From Roseibacillus sp. (GTDB lineage: Bacteria; Verrucomicrobiota; Verrucomicrobiia; Verrucomicrobiales; Akkermansiaceae), in NCBI GenBank assembly GCA_965242925.1, contig CBDEUM010000034.1:96001-160000 (forward strand): a stretch of DNA of 64,000 nt. Direction: 5' to 3'. The notes beneath the pieces were generated by a model. That model was given only the letters and a program-made list of their open reading frames with translations. It did no database searches and was not told the origin of the DNA. Made by a program: the position numbers and the translations under genes. Shown here piece by piece: positions 42,481 through 52,462 of this stretch (position 1 is its first letter; the number at the start of each line of letters is the position of its first letter).

Positions 42481-43728
42481 TCAGCGCTTCCGGTCAAGGC
42501 CGGCCCAGATGGCCTTGATCGTTTCCTCCTGTCGCATCCCCCTGGGAGAGGTCATGCTGGCGGTATAGTGCTTGAAGCGGCGCAGGGGCAACTGGAAGAA
42601 ACCATTTGGATCGGTCTCGCGCACCCACTGATAGGCATAACGGAGCCATTCATTCCGATAGTCCTCGGGCTGTTTAATGAACCAGTTGATTTCATCCCAC
42701 CCCCAGACGTGAATTTTGTCACCGGCGCGGTATTCGCCGGGATGATCAGAAGGCCCGAAATTGTCGATCTCCACGATGTAGGGCAATGACTCACAGCGCC
42801 AACCGCTGGGGGACAACCCACCCTTGCTCCGGCCGTAGATGGCATCGCTGAACCCCTTCTCCAAAATGGCCTTGTGGGGTTGTCCCTGCAGGGACTTGGG
42901 ACGGGAAGGGAAGGAGTGCAGATCAAACATGAGTTTCCCGGCGTGCACGATTCCTCCGCTGGGCACATGGGCATCAATGAGAACGAGGTGACGACGGGCG
43001 TGCTTTTTCGCGTAGGAACGGATCCGGGACATGAGATCCTGCCAGTGTCGATGATCCCGGTCCCAGTCGTCCATGATTTCAACCTGTCCCAGGTGAATGG
43101 CCTCGAGCCCCATGTCGATCCACCGCTTGGCCACATAGAAGAACCACATCCTGGTCTCGAGGCGACTCATGTCGGGCACGGAGGCATTCTCATACCAGTG
43201 ATTATGGCGATGTCGGAAGCCATAGAGCATGGCCTTGTAATTGAAATTGCGTGGCTCCCGGGAGAGCCCGAACTCCTCAAGCACCGAGGCCGGGATGCAA
43301 ATCTTGCTCACGTCGGTGGTGACCACTTCGAAAATGGCTCCCTGCAGGATCAGGTCGGGATCCATCTCATGGAGGCGTTTGACAAAAGGGGCGCCTTTCG
43401 CAACCAACTCGTCGATACGGGACTCATTGCCCCACATCCAGATCACGCGACCGGCAAACTTAACCCCCGTATTCTGCATCATGCGGAGGTCATCATCGGA
43501 GGCCAGGTGCAGGAGGGAGGCCACGGTGGCGCTCCGGGCGAGGTAGTTCTCCAGCACGGGACGGGAGATTTTCCCGTCGAAGTGGTAATCGACTTTTCCT
43601 ATGATCTTCTCCCCGGCCTGAAGAGGAGCAAGGGTGGAGACAAGAAGGAGAATCGCGGGCAGGCAGAAGATCTGCCAGGGACGAAAGACTCCGGGCACGG
43701 AGCAGGGGACAGGTTCAAACCCAGACAT
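42481..43728 (-). CDS. Secreted hypothetical protein (possibly a glycoside hydrolase-like barrel)
   Basis: Signal-like segment ending LQA; aromatic-rich 415-aa ORF. The fold is a guess. Confidence 0.65.
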   Translation of the reverse strand: MSGFEPVPCSVPGVFRPWQIFCLPAILLLVSTLAPLQAGEKIIGKVDYHFDGKISRPVLENYLARSATVASLLHLASDDDLRMMQNTGVKFAGRVIWMWGNESRIDELVAKGAPFVKRLHEMDPDLILQGAIFEVVTTDVSKICIPASVLEEFGLSREPRNFNYKAMLYGFRHRHNHWYENASVPDMSRLETRMWFFYVAKRWIDMGLEAIHLGQVEIMDDWDRDHRHWQDLMSRIRSYAKKHARRHLVLIDAHVPSGGIVHAGKLMFDLHSFPSRPKSLQGQPHKAILEKGFSDAIYGRSKGGLSPSGWRCESLPYIVEIDNFGPSDHPGEYRAGDKIHVWGWDEINWFIKQPEDYRNEWLRYAYQWVRETDPNGFFQLPLRRFKHYTASMTSPRGMRQEETIKAIWAGLDRKR

Positions 43729-44279
43729 GTACTTGGGGGCCTTTTAGATGCTCCCCGTGCAGGGCGGCAAGTTCAACCTGTACAAGAAAAGAGGCAGCTT
43801 CCTCAAGGGAGTGAGATCGCTAAAGTCTTTAGTCTAGTATTTGTATTTTTTGCAGAACCTTGGATCTCACTCCCTCGATTGACTGCCTGTTGTTGATACA
43901 ACCGCACCATCGGCCGGCGATTTTCAAATTTCTTCAATTAATCCCGAATGAGGCTCCAAAGTGAGCATTGCACTTGAAGCGAATTGGCCAGTCCGCTTGT
44001 CAATAGCCGTCTGGGGGCCCGTGAAAGTTCGCGGCGGTTCGTAATCGGTCAGGCACTTCGGCAAGGCCTGCTGGAGCACGTGTAAGCCCCCTCGGCGAGC
44101 TTGTTGAATTGACTGGGAGCGGTTGACCGAATTTCCCCTGATCCATTCTATGCGTAGAATACATTCCGCGAATCATAGTAGTGATGACATGTTGACGATT
44201 CAGCACCCCGCATCTACATGTCATAATGAGAGGCAGTTCGGCCCGTGTTGGAATAGCAGAAAACTCCCGAAACCGCCGC

Positions 44280-47150
44280 ATGTTGCCATTCCAGGTCCTG
44301 CTATGGGCTGCGATTCTAGGACCTGCTAGCACATCCCTGGGAAATAACGCTCCTGAAGCGACGGCAACCACCACTTCCGCTACTGCCACCTCCACTCCGA
44401 ATGGCCCCGGGGAGGAGCTTTCCTTCAACCTGAGATGGGAGCAAACGGGGACGGCGGAGGGCATCATCACCGGCAGAATCACCTTCCCGGCAGACACGGT
44501 GGGCAACCCGCCCCTCTTGACAGATCCCTCCACCGCAGTGGCCGGGAGCACTCTGGTTCTCAGACGCGAGGGACAGACCTTCATCTACCAGGATGCCGGG
44601 GTTGTTTTCAGTGCTGTCCAACAACTTGATTTCTCTCACGAGATCGTTACCCAGTCCGGCTTCTCTGACTTCAACATCTTCACCGGGGACGGTGAGTTCA
44701 CGGGACTCAACCCGGGGGTTCTGGGCAGCTCAGATCGTATTTATCACCTGGTCAGCATGGCCCCGGGGATCTCAGGGCAACTGGTGGCAACCGATCCCGA
44801 CCCCGATTCCTCCCTGGTCTACAGTCTGGACGAACCGATTGCCGGGTTGGCCATCAACCCGGACGGCAGTTACACCTTCGACCCCTCGGGCCCCGTCCAC
44901 GTGTCTCTGGGGGAGGGGGAAGTCCTGGCGGTGATTGCCGACTGGACAGTCACGGACAACGAGGGAGCGTCGGCCTCGAGCACCCTCACTATCACCGTGA
45001 ACGGGGCCAACGATGAACCGGTGGCCAATGCTGCCACCGCCACTGATCCTGTCAGCGGGCAGTTGGCAGCCAGCGACGTGGATGACAATGCGATGCTCAC
45101 CTTTGCCCTGGATGCCCCGGTGCCGGGCTTGGTCGTCAACGAAGACGGCAGTTACACCTTTGACTCCTCGGATCCCGCCTATGCTGAACTGGTAACGGGT
45201 GAATCGATTGAGGTGATCGCCAACTGGATCGTCACCGATAACGAGGGGGCAACCGCCCCCAGCACCCTCACCATCACGGTGAATGGGTTCAATGATACTC
45301 CTGAAGCGACGGCAACCACCACTTCCGCTACTGCCACCTCCACTCCGAATGGCCCCGGGGAGGAGCTTTCCTTCAACCTGAGATGGGAGCAAACGGGGAC
45401 GGCGGAGGGCATCATCACCGGCAGAATCACCTTCCCGGCAGACACGGTGGGCAACCCGCCCCTCTTGACAGATCCCTCCACCGCAGTGGCCGGGAGCACT
45501 CTGGTTCTCAGACGCGAGGGACAGACCTTCATCTACCAGGATGCCGGGGTTGTTTTCAGTGCTGTCCAACAACTTGATTTCTCTCACGAGATCGTTACCC
45601 AGTCCGGCTTCTCTGACTTCAACATCTTCACCGGGGACGGTGAGTTCACGGGACTCAACCCGGGGGTTCTGGGCAGCTCAGATCGTATTTATCACCTGGT
45701 CAGCATGGCCCCGGGGATCTCAGGGCAACTGGTGGCAACCGATCCCGACCCCGATTCCTCCCTGGTCTACAGTCTGGACGAACCGATTGCCGGGTTGGCC
45801 ATCAACCCGGACGGCAGTTACACCTTCGACCCCTCGGGCCCCGTCCACGTGTCTCTGGGGGAGGGGGAAGTCCTGGCGGTGATTGCCGACTGGACAGTCA
45901 CGGACAACGAGGGAGCGTCGGCCTCGAGCACCCTCACTATCACCGTGAACGGGGCCAACGATGAACCGGTGGCCAATGCTGCCACCGCCACTGATCCTGT
46001 CAGCGGGCAGTTGGCAGCCAGCGACGTGGATGACAATGCGATGCTCACCTTTGCCCTGGATGCCCCGGTGCCGGGCTTGGTCGTCAACGAAGACGGCAGT
46101 TACACCTTTGACTCCTCGGATCCCGCCTATGCTGAACTGGTAACGGGTGAATCGATTGAGGTGATCGCCAACTGGATCGTCACCGATAACGAGGGGGCAA
46201 CCGCCCCCAGCACCCTCACCATCACGGTGAATGGGTTCAATGATACTCCTGAAGCGACGGCAACCACCACTTCCGCTACTGCCACCTCCACTCCGAATGG
46301 CCCCGGGGAGGAGCTTTCCTTCAACCTGAGATGGGAGCAAACGGGGACGGCGGAGGGCATCATCACCGGCAGAATCACCTTCCCGGCAGACACGGTGGGC
46401 AACCCGCCCCTCTTGACAGATCCCTCCACCGCAGTGGCCGGGAGCACTCTGGTTCTCAGACGCGAGGGACAGACCTTCATCTACCAGGATGCCGGGGTTG
46501 TTTTCAGTGCTGTCCAACAACTTGATTTCTCTCACGAGATCGTTACCCAGTCCGGCTTCTCTGACTTCAACATCTTCACCGGGGACGGTGAGTTCACGGG
46601 ACTCAACCCGGGGGTTCTGGGCAGCTCAGATCGTATTTATCACCTGGTCAGCATGGCCCCGGGGATCTCAGGGCAACTGGTGGCAACCGATCCCGACCCC
46701 GATTCCTCCCTGGTCTACAGTCTGGACGAACCGATTGCCGGGTTGGCCATCAACCCGGACGGCAGTTACACCTTCGACCCCTCGGGCCCCGTCCACGTGT
46801 CTCTGGGGGAGGGGGAAGTCCTGGCGGTGATTGCCGACTGGACAGTCACGGACAACGAGGGAGCGTCGGCCTCGAGCACCCTCACTATCACGGTGACAGG
46901 CAGCGCTCCGCCTCCTCTTGAGATCATCAATCTTACGGACAACATCACTTCGGAAGGATTCAACTCCTTGACGATTACCTTCTCGTCTCTCCTCGGAAGA
47001 GCATATGCTGCGGAGCGCTCGAGGGATCTCATTCACTGGAACCACCTGCGTGATATTATCGGTGAGGAGAGCACCACTGACTTCACCGACGATGATCCTA
47101 TCCATGATGGCCAGCCCGTATTCTACCGGGTGAAGGAGGTCAGCCCCTAG
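44280..47150 (+). CDS. VCBS/Ig-like repeat adhesin
   Basis: Signal peptide; repeats SGQLxAxDxD...GLxxNxDGSYTFD...LTITVNGxNDxP; C-terminal SRDLIHW...FYRV domain. Confidence 0.88.
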   Translation: MLPFQVLLWAAILGPASTSLGNNAPEATATTTSATATSTPNGPGEELSFNLRWEQTGTAEGIITGRITFPADTVGNPPLLTDPSTAVAGSTLVLRREGQTFIYQDAGVVFSAVQQLDFSHEIVTQSGFSDFNIFTGDGEFTGLNPGVLGSSDRIYHLVSMAPGISGQLVATDPDPDSSLVYSLDEPIAGLAINPDGSYTFDPSGPVHVSLGEGEVLAVIADWTVTDNEGASASSTLTITVNGANDEPVANAATATDPVSGQLAASDVDDNAMLTFALDAPVPGLVVNEDGSYTFDSSDPAYAELVTGESIEVIANWIVTDNEGATAPSTLTITVNGFNDTPEATATTTSATATSTPNGPGEELSFNLRWEQTGTAEGIITGRITFPADTVGNPPLLTDPSTAVAGSTLVLRREGQTFIYQDAGVVFSAVQQLDFSHEIVTQSGFSDFNIFTGDGEFTGLNPGVLGSSDRIYHLVSMAPGISGQLVATDPDPDSSLVYSLDEPIAGLAINPDGSYTFDPSGPVHVSLGEGEVLAVIADWTVTDNEGASASSTLTITVNGANDEPVANAATATDPVSGQLAASDVDDNAMLTFALDAPVPGLVVNEDGSYTFDSSDPAYAELVTGESIEVIANWIVTDNEGATAPSTLTITVNGFNDTPEATATTTSATATSTPNGPGEELSFNLRWEQTGTAEGIITGRITFPADTVGNPPLLTDPSTAVAGSTLVLRREGQTFIYQDAGVVFSAVQQLDFSHEIVTQSGFSDFNIFTGDGEFTGLNPGVLGSSDRIYHLVSMAPGISGQLVATDPDPDSSLVYSLDEPIAGLAINPDGSYTFDPSGPVHVSLGEGEVLAVIADWTVTDNEGASASSTLTITVTGSAPPPLEIINLTDNITSEGFNSLTITFSSLLGRAYAAERSRDLIHWNHLRDIIGEESTTDFTDDDPIHDGQPVFYRVKEVSP
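44351..46891 (+). repeat. 948-bp tandem repeat, about 2.7 copies, apparently identical
   Basis: tcctgaagcgacggc starts at 44351, 45299 and 46247. Even the off-frame ORFs recur with identical translations at a 948-nt offset. Confidence 0.95.
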
Positions 47151-47159
47151 CTCGCAGAT

Positions 47160-49100
47160 TCAGGAGACCGCGGTGCGGTAGTCACCGTTACGGCGGGTTT
47201 TTCCCTCGGCATCCATGCGTTCGAGAAGAGGCATGATGACCCGTCGACTGGTAGCAAGATGCTGACGCAGGTCACTGGCGGTGGCCTGACCCTGCGACTG
47301 GAGGAAGTCGAGAATTTGTTCACACGCCTGATCATAGCTCTGGGTCAGGATGATGACCTTGTCGGTCAACTCAGTGACAATTCCACCTCGAATAAGGAAG
47401 GAGAGGGCGCGTTGCGAGGATGTCCCGGTGGCCAGTTCAGCCCGACCCGGAGGGCTCAGCGGTTCCCGTCGCAAAGTTTGCTGGATCTTCTCGGCGGCGG
47501 CCCGGATGTCATCGGCAAGTGCTGGAGAAAAGGCCTCTTCCGCCAGAATCGTTCCCTGCTGAATAATGCCCCGCTCCCCAAGGTGTTCCACCATAAGATC
47601 AAAGAGGCCAGGATCGGGCAATCCATCCTGAACGCTTTGCCGGAGATCCTCCAGGTGGAGTCCAGGCAGATCGGCATTCTTCCTGTGGTAATCCGCCACC
47701 AAGCCCGCAGCCCGGGTGAGCAACCCCTCCCACCATGTCGCCGCGGCCAGATGACTGCCAAGTTCACAGGCGACCCCTTCGGCGAGAAGTTTCTCTACGA
47801 CCTCATCGATTTCCCCGTCAGAAAACCTCAGGCGCAGTTTCAGTCCGGCAAGTTCAACCAGGGAATCACGCTCCAGGGCAGAAGTCAGGAGAACCGACAA
47901 ATCGTCTGGAGCCTCCGCCCGCTGCCGCAGGAATCGCACTTGTTCCTCGTTGCGCAATCGCCGCCGACTGGCATCGGCGTCGAGGACCAGCGCTCCCCCC
48001 ACGGTGGCCTCTCCCGACCAGTCGCGAAGGACGACATGATCTCCCACCATCATGAAGCGCGGTTCATCGAGTCGCAGTTGTGCCAGCATGGTCTGGCCGG
48101 CGGAGATGCTCCTGCCCTCGATAAAATAGATGCGCGCCCCGGTGGATCCTGATCCGTGGTGTACCCGTACGCGGCGTCCCGACGGAAGGTCACGCCTGGT
48201 GGCCAATTGACCCGGTATTTCCCGGCTCAGTCGCCGCATGCTGATGTTGACTGTATCCGCCGGCGTCCCCGCCTGTGATCCAGTGAGGAGGCCGCCCCGA
48301 CCCACGCCGGAGCGATCCCTGGCGGAGACCTGTAACTCAGGGAGATTCAGCGCGGTACGCATGCCCGGATGAGCGACCTCCACCGATTGACTGTCATTCT
48401 GGATCGTGCGGACGTGCGCCGCCAGTCCATCCGGTTGCAGCGATACGTCGTCGCCCACGACAAGAGTACCCCCGGAAAGAGTTCCCGTGACCACGGTGCC
48501 GATCCCTTTCACAGAAAACGCCCGGTCCACCGGTAGGAGGGGCTTGCCAAAATCGGCCACCGGGGGAGCCGAAACCAGCTGGGAACACAGCGCCGTCCGC
48601 AACTGTTCGATGCCCTCGCCCGTAAGAGAGGAAACCGGAACGATGGGAGCGTTCTCGAGTATGGTGTCCCGGAGGCTGTCCCTCACAAATTCAATGGAGA
48701 AGTCAAGATCCTCAGCGAGATCCGACTTCGTGAGGGCCACTACGCAACGCTCGACCCCGAGGAATGTCAGGATGTGCAGGTGTTCCTCCGACTGAGGCAT
48801 CCAACCGTCATCCGCTGCAACCACAAAGAGGGCTATATCCATTCCTCCCACACCCGCCACCATGTTATTAACGAAGTCGGCGTGACCAGGAACATCCACG
48901 ATTCCCAGTTCGAACACCGTTTCTGCCTCGGAATCGTCCCGCAGGGAAAGGTGAGCAAAGCCCAGTTCAATGGTCACTCCACGCCTCTGCTCCTCGGGGA
49001 GCCGGTCAGGGTCAGTCCCGGTCAAGGCTTTCACGAGAGACGACTTCCCATGATCGATATGACCAGCCGTCCCGAGAATATAGCGCCGCTCGTTACTCAT
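47160..49100 (-). CDS. selB: Selenocysteine-specific elongation factor SelB
   Basis: GTAGHIDHGKSSLVKALTG, DRLPEEQRRGVTIELGF, DVPGH, MPQSEEHL; C-terminal winged-helix SRRVIMPLLE...TRRNGDYR. Confidence 0.96.
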   Translation of the reverse strand: MSNERRYILGTAGHIDHGKSSLVKALTGTDPDRLPEEQRRGVTIELGFAHLSLRDDSEAETVFELGIVDVPGHADFVNNMVAGVGGMDIALFVVAADDGWMPQSEEHLHILTFLGVERCVVALTKSDLAEDLDFSIEFVRDSLRDTILENAPIVPVSSLTGEGIEQLRTALCSQLVSAPPVADFGKPLLPVDRAFSVKGIGTVVTGTLSGGTLVVGDDVSLQPDGLAAHVRTIQNDSQSVEVAHPGMRTALNLPELQVSARDRSGVGRGGLLTGSQAGTPADTVNISMRRLSREIPGQLATRRDLPSGRRVRVHHGSGSTGARIYFIEGRSISAGQTMLAQLRLDEPRFMMVGDHVVLRDWSGEATVGGALVLDADASRRRLRNEEQVRFLRQRAEAPDDLSVLLTSALERDSLVELAGLKLRLRFSDGEIDEVVEKLLAEGVACELGSHLAAATWWEGLLTRAAGLVADYHRKNADLPGLHLEDLRQSVQDGLPDPGLFDLMVEHLGERGIIQQGTILAEEAFSPALADDIRAAAEKIQQTLRREPLSPPGRAELATGTSSQRALSFLIRGGIVTELTDKVIILTQSYDQACEQILDFLQSQGQATASDLRQHLATSRRVIMPLLERMDAEGKTRRNGDYRTAVS

Positions 49101-49320
49101 CGGAATGGTTAACTGGTCCAACGATCCGGGCTTTCTCGAAATCGTAGGGAGTCAATTCGAGATGGACACGACTTCTCATGGCGAGTTCCTCCGCCAGTCC
49201 TGCAAGGCGACCGGGCAGGTGTCCGATCACCAGTTTCCCGTTTGGCAGTTCCACACGAAAGACGCGACCCGGCAGGACTTCGCAGATCTCACCGGTGGTC
49301 ACGATAGGAGGTTCGGACAT
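49093..49320 (-). CDS. infA: Divergent translation initiation factor IF-1-like protein
   Basis: GEICEVLPGRVFRVELPNG...GH...G...ELTPYDFEKARI matches the IF-1 S1 fold; overlaps the selB start by 8 nt. Confidence 0.82.
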   Translation of the reverse strand: MSEPPIVTTGEICEVLPGRVFRVELPNGKLVIGHLPGRLAGLAEELAMRSRVHLELTPYDFEKARIVGPVNHSDE

Positions 49321-49791
49321 AGGGAACGCGGAGGGCTCAGCATGAGACGCGGATGAGTGGACTGCAACCGCTTTAGGTTGCCCCTGCCAACAGGGACAGC
49401 TCGCAAGGAATGTCCACAGGTGCTGATCGGAAAAGGATTCCAGAGCTCGAGTGATCGTAGCTGACAGGGGCCCATATCTCTGGATTTCGAGTCACGGAAT
49501 GGGGCATATGGCGACTGAGAGAGACCGCAAGCGTGGCGCATTTGGCAAAAAAATCCGAGGGATGAGGAATCGTAGAGACATCATGACATGAATCGGGATC
49601 TGATCGTTCCGGGTCTTCAACATCGATTTCCGGCAATTCAGGTCCGGAAATTCAATGATGGCAGCTCTCCCCGGCCCATTTTGCCCTGTTAGATAGTCCC
49701 GCCCTCCGACTTGACTCCGGGAAAAGCTGAAGCATGATGAGGGCACCACGAAATGCGGTTTTTCCCGCCGTTCCGTCCATCTCCGTTTAGC

Positions 49792-50193
49792 ATGAAAACC
49801 AAGCATATTTCCCTCTCCCTGGCTCTTATCGCCACTCTTTTGAGTTCCTGTTACTATCCCTATCCGCCAAATCCAAACGGTCCGCGGGGTGGATATCCGG
49901 ATCCGGCCGCCAACAGCGACCTCACTTCAGAGGAGCAGGAGGGCATCCGGGAGGCACGCGACAAGGTCCGGGAAGGCGAGACCGGTGATGATCCTTCACC
50001 AGATCCCCAGGATCCCGCCTCCAACCCTCCGGCGCGAAAAGATTATCGGGTGGCTGTCCCTATCCCGGGCAAGGAGGGGTTCGTCTTTAATCCCTTTACG
50101 AATGATCCGGTCGATGTCCGGGCCATTCCTCCGGGAACTTTGGTGCGCGATCCGAACGATCCGGACCCGGATCACAAGTTCCGGGTTCCCTGA
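49792..50193 (+). CDS. Pro-rich hypothetical lipoprotein
   Basis: LSSC lipobox; C-terminal PGKEGFVFNPF...DVRAIPPGTLVRDP...KFRVP. Confidence 0.75.
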   Translation: MKTKHISLSLALIATLLSSCYYPYPPNPNGPRGGYPDPAANSDLTSEEQEGIREARDKVREGETGDDPSPDPQDPASNPPARKDYRVAVPIPGKEGFVFNPFTNDPVDVRAIPPGTLVRDPNDPDPDHKFRVP

Positions 50194-50271
50194 GGTAGAA
50201 ACCCTCCCTGAGACGCCTCTATTCACTGGGCCTTGTCAGAAGGGCCTGGCCTTGGTTTGCTCACCGCTCGT

Positions 50272-51132
50272 GTGACTGATTTTCGCCGCATTGCTGTTCT
50301 GGGACCCGGTGTATTGGGTGGCTCGGTGGCATTGGCTGTCGGGAAGCACCACCCCGGCAGTTCGGTCGTTCTCTGGGGCCGCAATCCGGAGCGAGTGACA
50401 GAAATCCGTGCCACTGGTTTCAAAGATGCTACCGATGATCTCTCCCTTGCTGTCCGCGATGCTGAGCTGGTCATCCTCGCCGTTCCGGTTGGTGCGCTGA
50501 AAGCGCTCGGCAGACAAGTGGTTGAGGCCGGTCTGGCCGAGGGCGCCTGCCTGACCGATGTCGGCAGCATCAAGATCCACCCCCATGAATCACTCGGCAA
50601 GGACATGAAGGAGCGAGGCGTCTCCTTTATCGGAAGTCATCCGATGGCCGGGTCCGAGCGCACGGGATTCGGAGCTGCTGATGCGGATCTTTTTGTCGGA
50701 GCTCCGTGCATTCTTACCAACGAAAACGAACAACCGGAAGACGAAGTACAACGACTAATGGGGTTCTGGACCGGCCTTGGAGCCAGATCGGTCGTGATGA
50801 GCGCCAGTGAGCATGACCGTCTGGCAGGCCGCATCAGTCATCTGCCCCACATTCTCTCTTCCATTTGTGCCCTGGTTGCTCTTGAGAATGCGAAAGACGG
50901 TAGATTTGCGGGGCAGGGATTGCGTGACACCAGCAGGGTTGCGGCAGGCGACCCCGCAATGTGGGTCGAGATTCTCGTGAAGAACCGGCACCGGATAACG
51001 GAGCCTCTGCGGGAGAGTGCGTCCATCCTCAACCGTTTCGCCGATTGTCTGGCGACTGGGGACGAAGAGGCCGTCTTGAAGCTTCTGGAAGAAGGGCAGA
51101 TGCGGCGTCAAACCCTTGACCGGATAGAGTGA
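50272..51132 (+). CDS. tyrA: Prephenate/arogenate dehydrogenase
   Basis: GPGVLGGS Rossmann motif, TDVGSIK, HPMAGSE, HD...SHLPH, DTSRVA. Confidence 0.92.
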   Translation: MTDFRRIAVLGPGVLGGSVALAVGKHHPGSSVVLWGRNPERVTEIRATGFKDATDDLSLAVRDAELVILAVPVGALKALGRQVVEAGLAEGACLTDVGSIKIHPHESLGKDMKERGVSFIGSHPMAGSERTGFGAADADLFVGAPCILTNENEQPEDEVQRLMGFWTGLGARSVVMSASEHDRLAGRISHLPHILSSICALVALENAKDGRFAGQGLRDTSRVAAGDPAMWVEILVKNRHRITEPLRESASILNRFADCLATGDEEAVLKLLEEGQMRRQTLDRIE

Positions 51133-52454
51133 TGAGAGATGCCAACTCATTGCAGGTAAGCTCTATAGGAGGTTTGTCGGCCGAGCTCACAGTGCCTGGT
51201 GACAAGAGCATTTCGCACCGGTCCGCCATTATCGCGGGTCTCTCCAACGGCCCTTGCTGCCTTCGTAATTACCTCCCCAGCGAGGATTGTCTTAATACCC
51301 TTCGGGCGATGGAGAGTCTCGGTGTCAATTGCGACTATCTTGAGACCAACGAACATGGCCCAATCGAAGTGATTGTCCACGGCAGGAGGATGCAACTCGT
51401 CCCTCCAAGCGGGCCCATCGACTGCGGAAACTCAGGCACGGGAATGCGCCTTCTCGCGGGGGTGCTGGCTGGTCAGGAGTTCGGGTGCACCCTTACTGGG
51501 GATGAATCGCTCTCTTCCCGTCCCATGGGACGAATCATGCGCCCCTTGGAGCGCATGGGGGCACGCATCGACGGGATGGGAATGAACGAGGGGTGTGCAC
51601 CCCTCGTCTTTCATGGGGGACAGCTTGAACCCATTCATTACGTCATGCCGATGGCAAGCGCGCAGGTGAAGAGCGCGATCCTCCTGGCCGGACTGTTCGC
51701 CAAGGGTAAAACCACAGTGGAGCAACCGGCCGAGACCAGGGATCACACCGAGCGCATGCTCGCCATGTTCCGGGTCCGCACGGTGCGGAAGGGGAACGAA
51801 ATCACGATCTACGGAGGACAGGTTCCGGAGGCTGTCGATGTTGACATCCCCGGGGACATCTCCAGTGCCGCTTTCTGGATCGTTGCCGCTGCCGCCAAAC
51901 GAAAATCAAGACTTCTCATCAGGAACGTAGGACTGAATCCCACCCGCACAGCTTTGCTCAATGTCCTGCTGCGCATGGGCGCCAGAATCAAGGACACGGT
52001 GCGCACTCCCGGTGATCAGGAGGAACCTGCCGGAAATCTGGAGGTTGGGGGCGGAACCCTCAGCGGCACGGAGATTCGGAAAGACGAGATACCCAATCTC
52101 ATCGATGAAATACCCGTTCTGGCGGTAGCGGGTGCTCTCGCCGGAGGGACCATGACGATTCGTAATGCGGCTGAATTGAGAGTTAAGGAAACCGATCGGA
52201 TCCGAGCAGTGGTGGACAACCTGCGGGCCATGGGCGCGGATGTGACCGAACATGATGACGGCATGAGCGTGATCGGCGGCAACAGGTTGCGTGGTGCAAC
52301 TCTGGACTGTTTCGGGGATCATCGAATCGCGATGGCTTTTACCATAGCAGGACTCTTCGCGGAGGGAGAGACCGTAATCCAGGACACGAAGTGCATCGCG
52401 ACATCCTATCCGGGTTTCGAAAGGGATCTGAAACAGATTTGCGACCAGAGTTAG
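51132..52454 (+). CDS. aroA: EPSP synthase
   Basis: PGDKSISHR, DCGNSGT, SAQVKSA, RDHTE, ELRVKETDR, DHRIAM. Confidence 0.97.
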   Translation: MRDANSLQVSSIGGLSAELTVPGDKSISHRSAIIAGLSNGPCCLRNYLPSEDCLNTLRAMESLGVNCDYLETNEHGPIEVIVHGRRMQLVPPSGPIDCGNSGTGMRLLAGVLAGQEFGCTLTGDESLSSRPMGRIMRPLERMGARIDGMGMNEGCAPLVFHGGQLEPIHYVMPMASAQVKSAILLAGLFAKGKTTVEQPAETRDHTERMLAMFRVRTVRKGNEITIYGGQVPEAVDVDIPGDISSAAFWIVAAAAKRKSRLLIRNVGLNPTRTALLNVLLRMGARIKDTVRTPGDQEEPAGNLEVGGGTLSGTEIRKDEIPNLIDEIPVLAVAGALAGGTMTIRNAAELRVKETDRIRAVVDNLRAMGADVTEHDDGMSVIGGNRLRGATLDCFGDHRIAMAFTIAGLFAEGETVIQDTKCIATSYPGFERDLKQICDQS

Positions 52455-52462
52455 CGTTTGCC

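Noticed and set aside
49321..49791. Possible tRNA-Sec (selC) or other ncRNA upstream of infA-selB
   Set aside because: No UCA anticodon arm or T-loop cloverleaf found; only an isolated 8-bp hairpin (atttccgg/ccggaaat).
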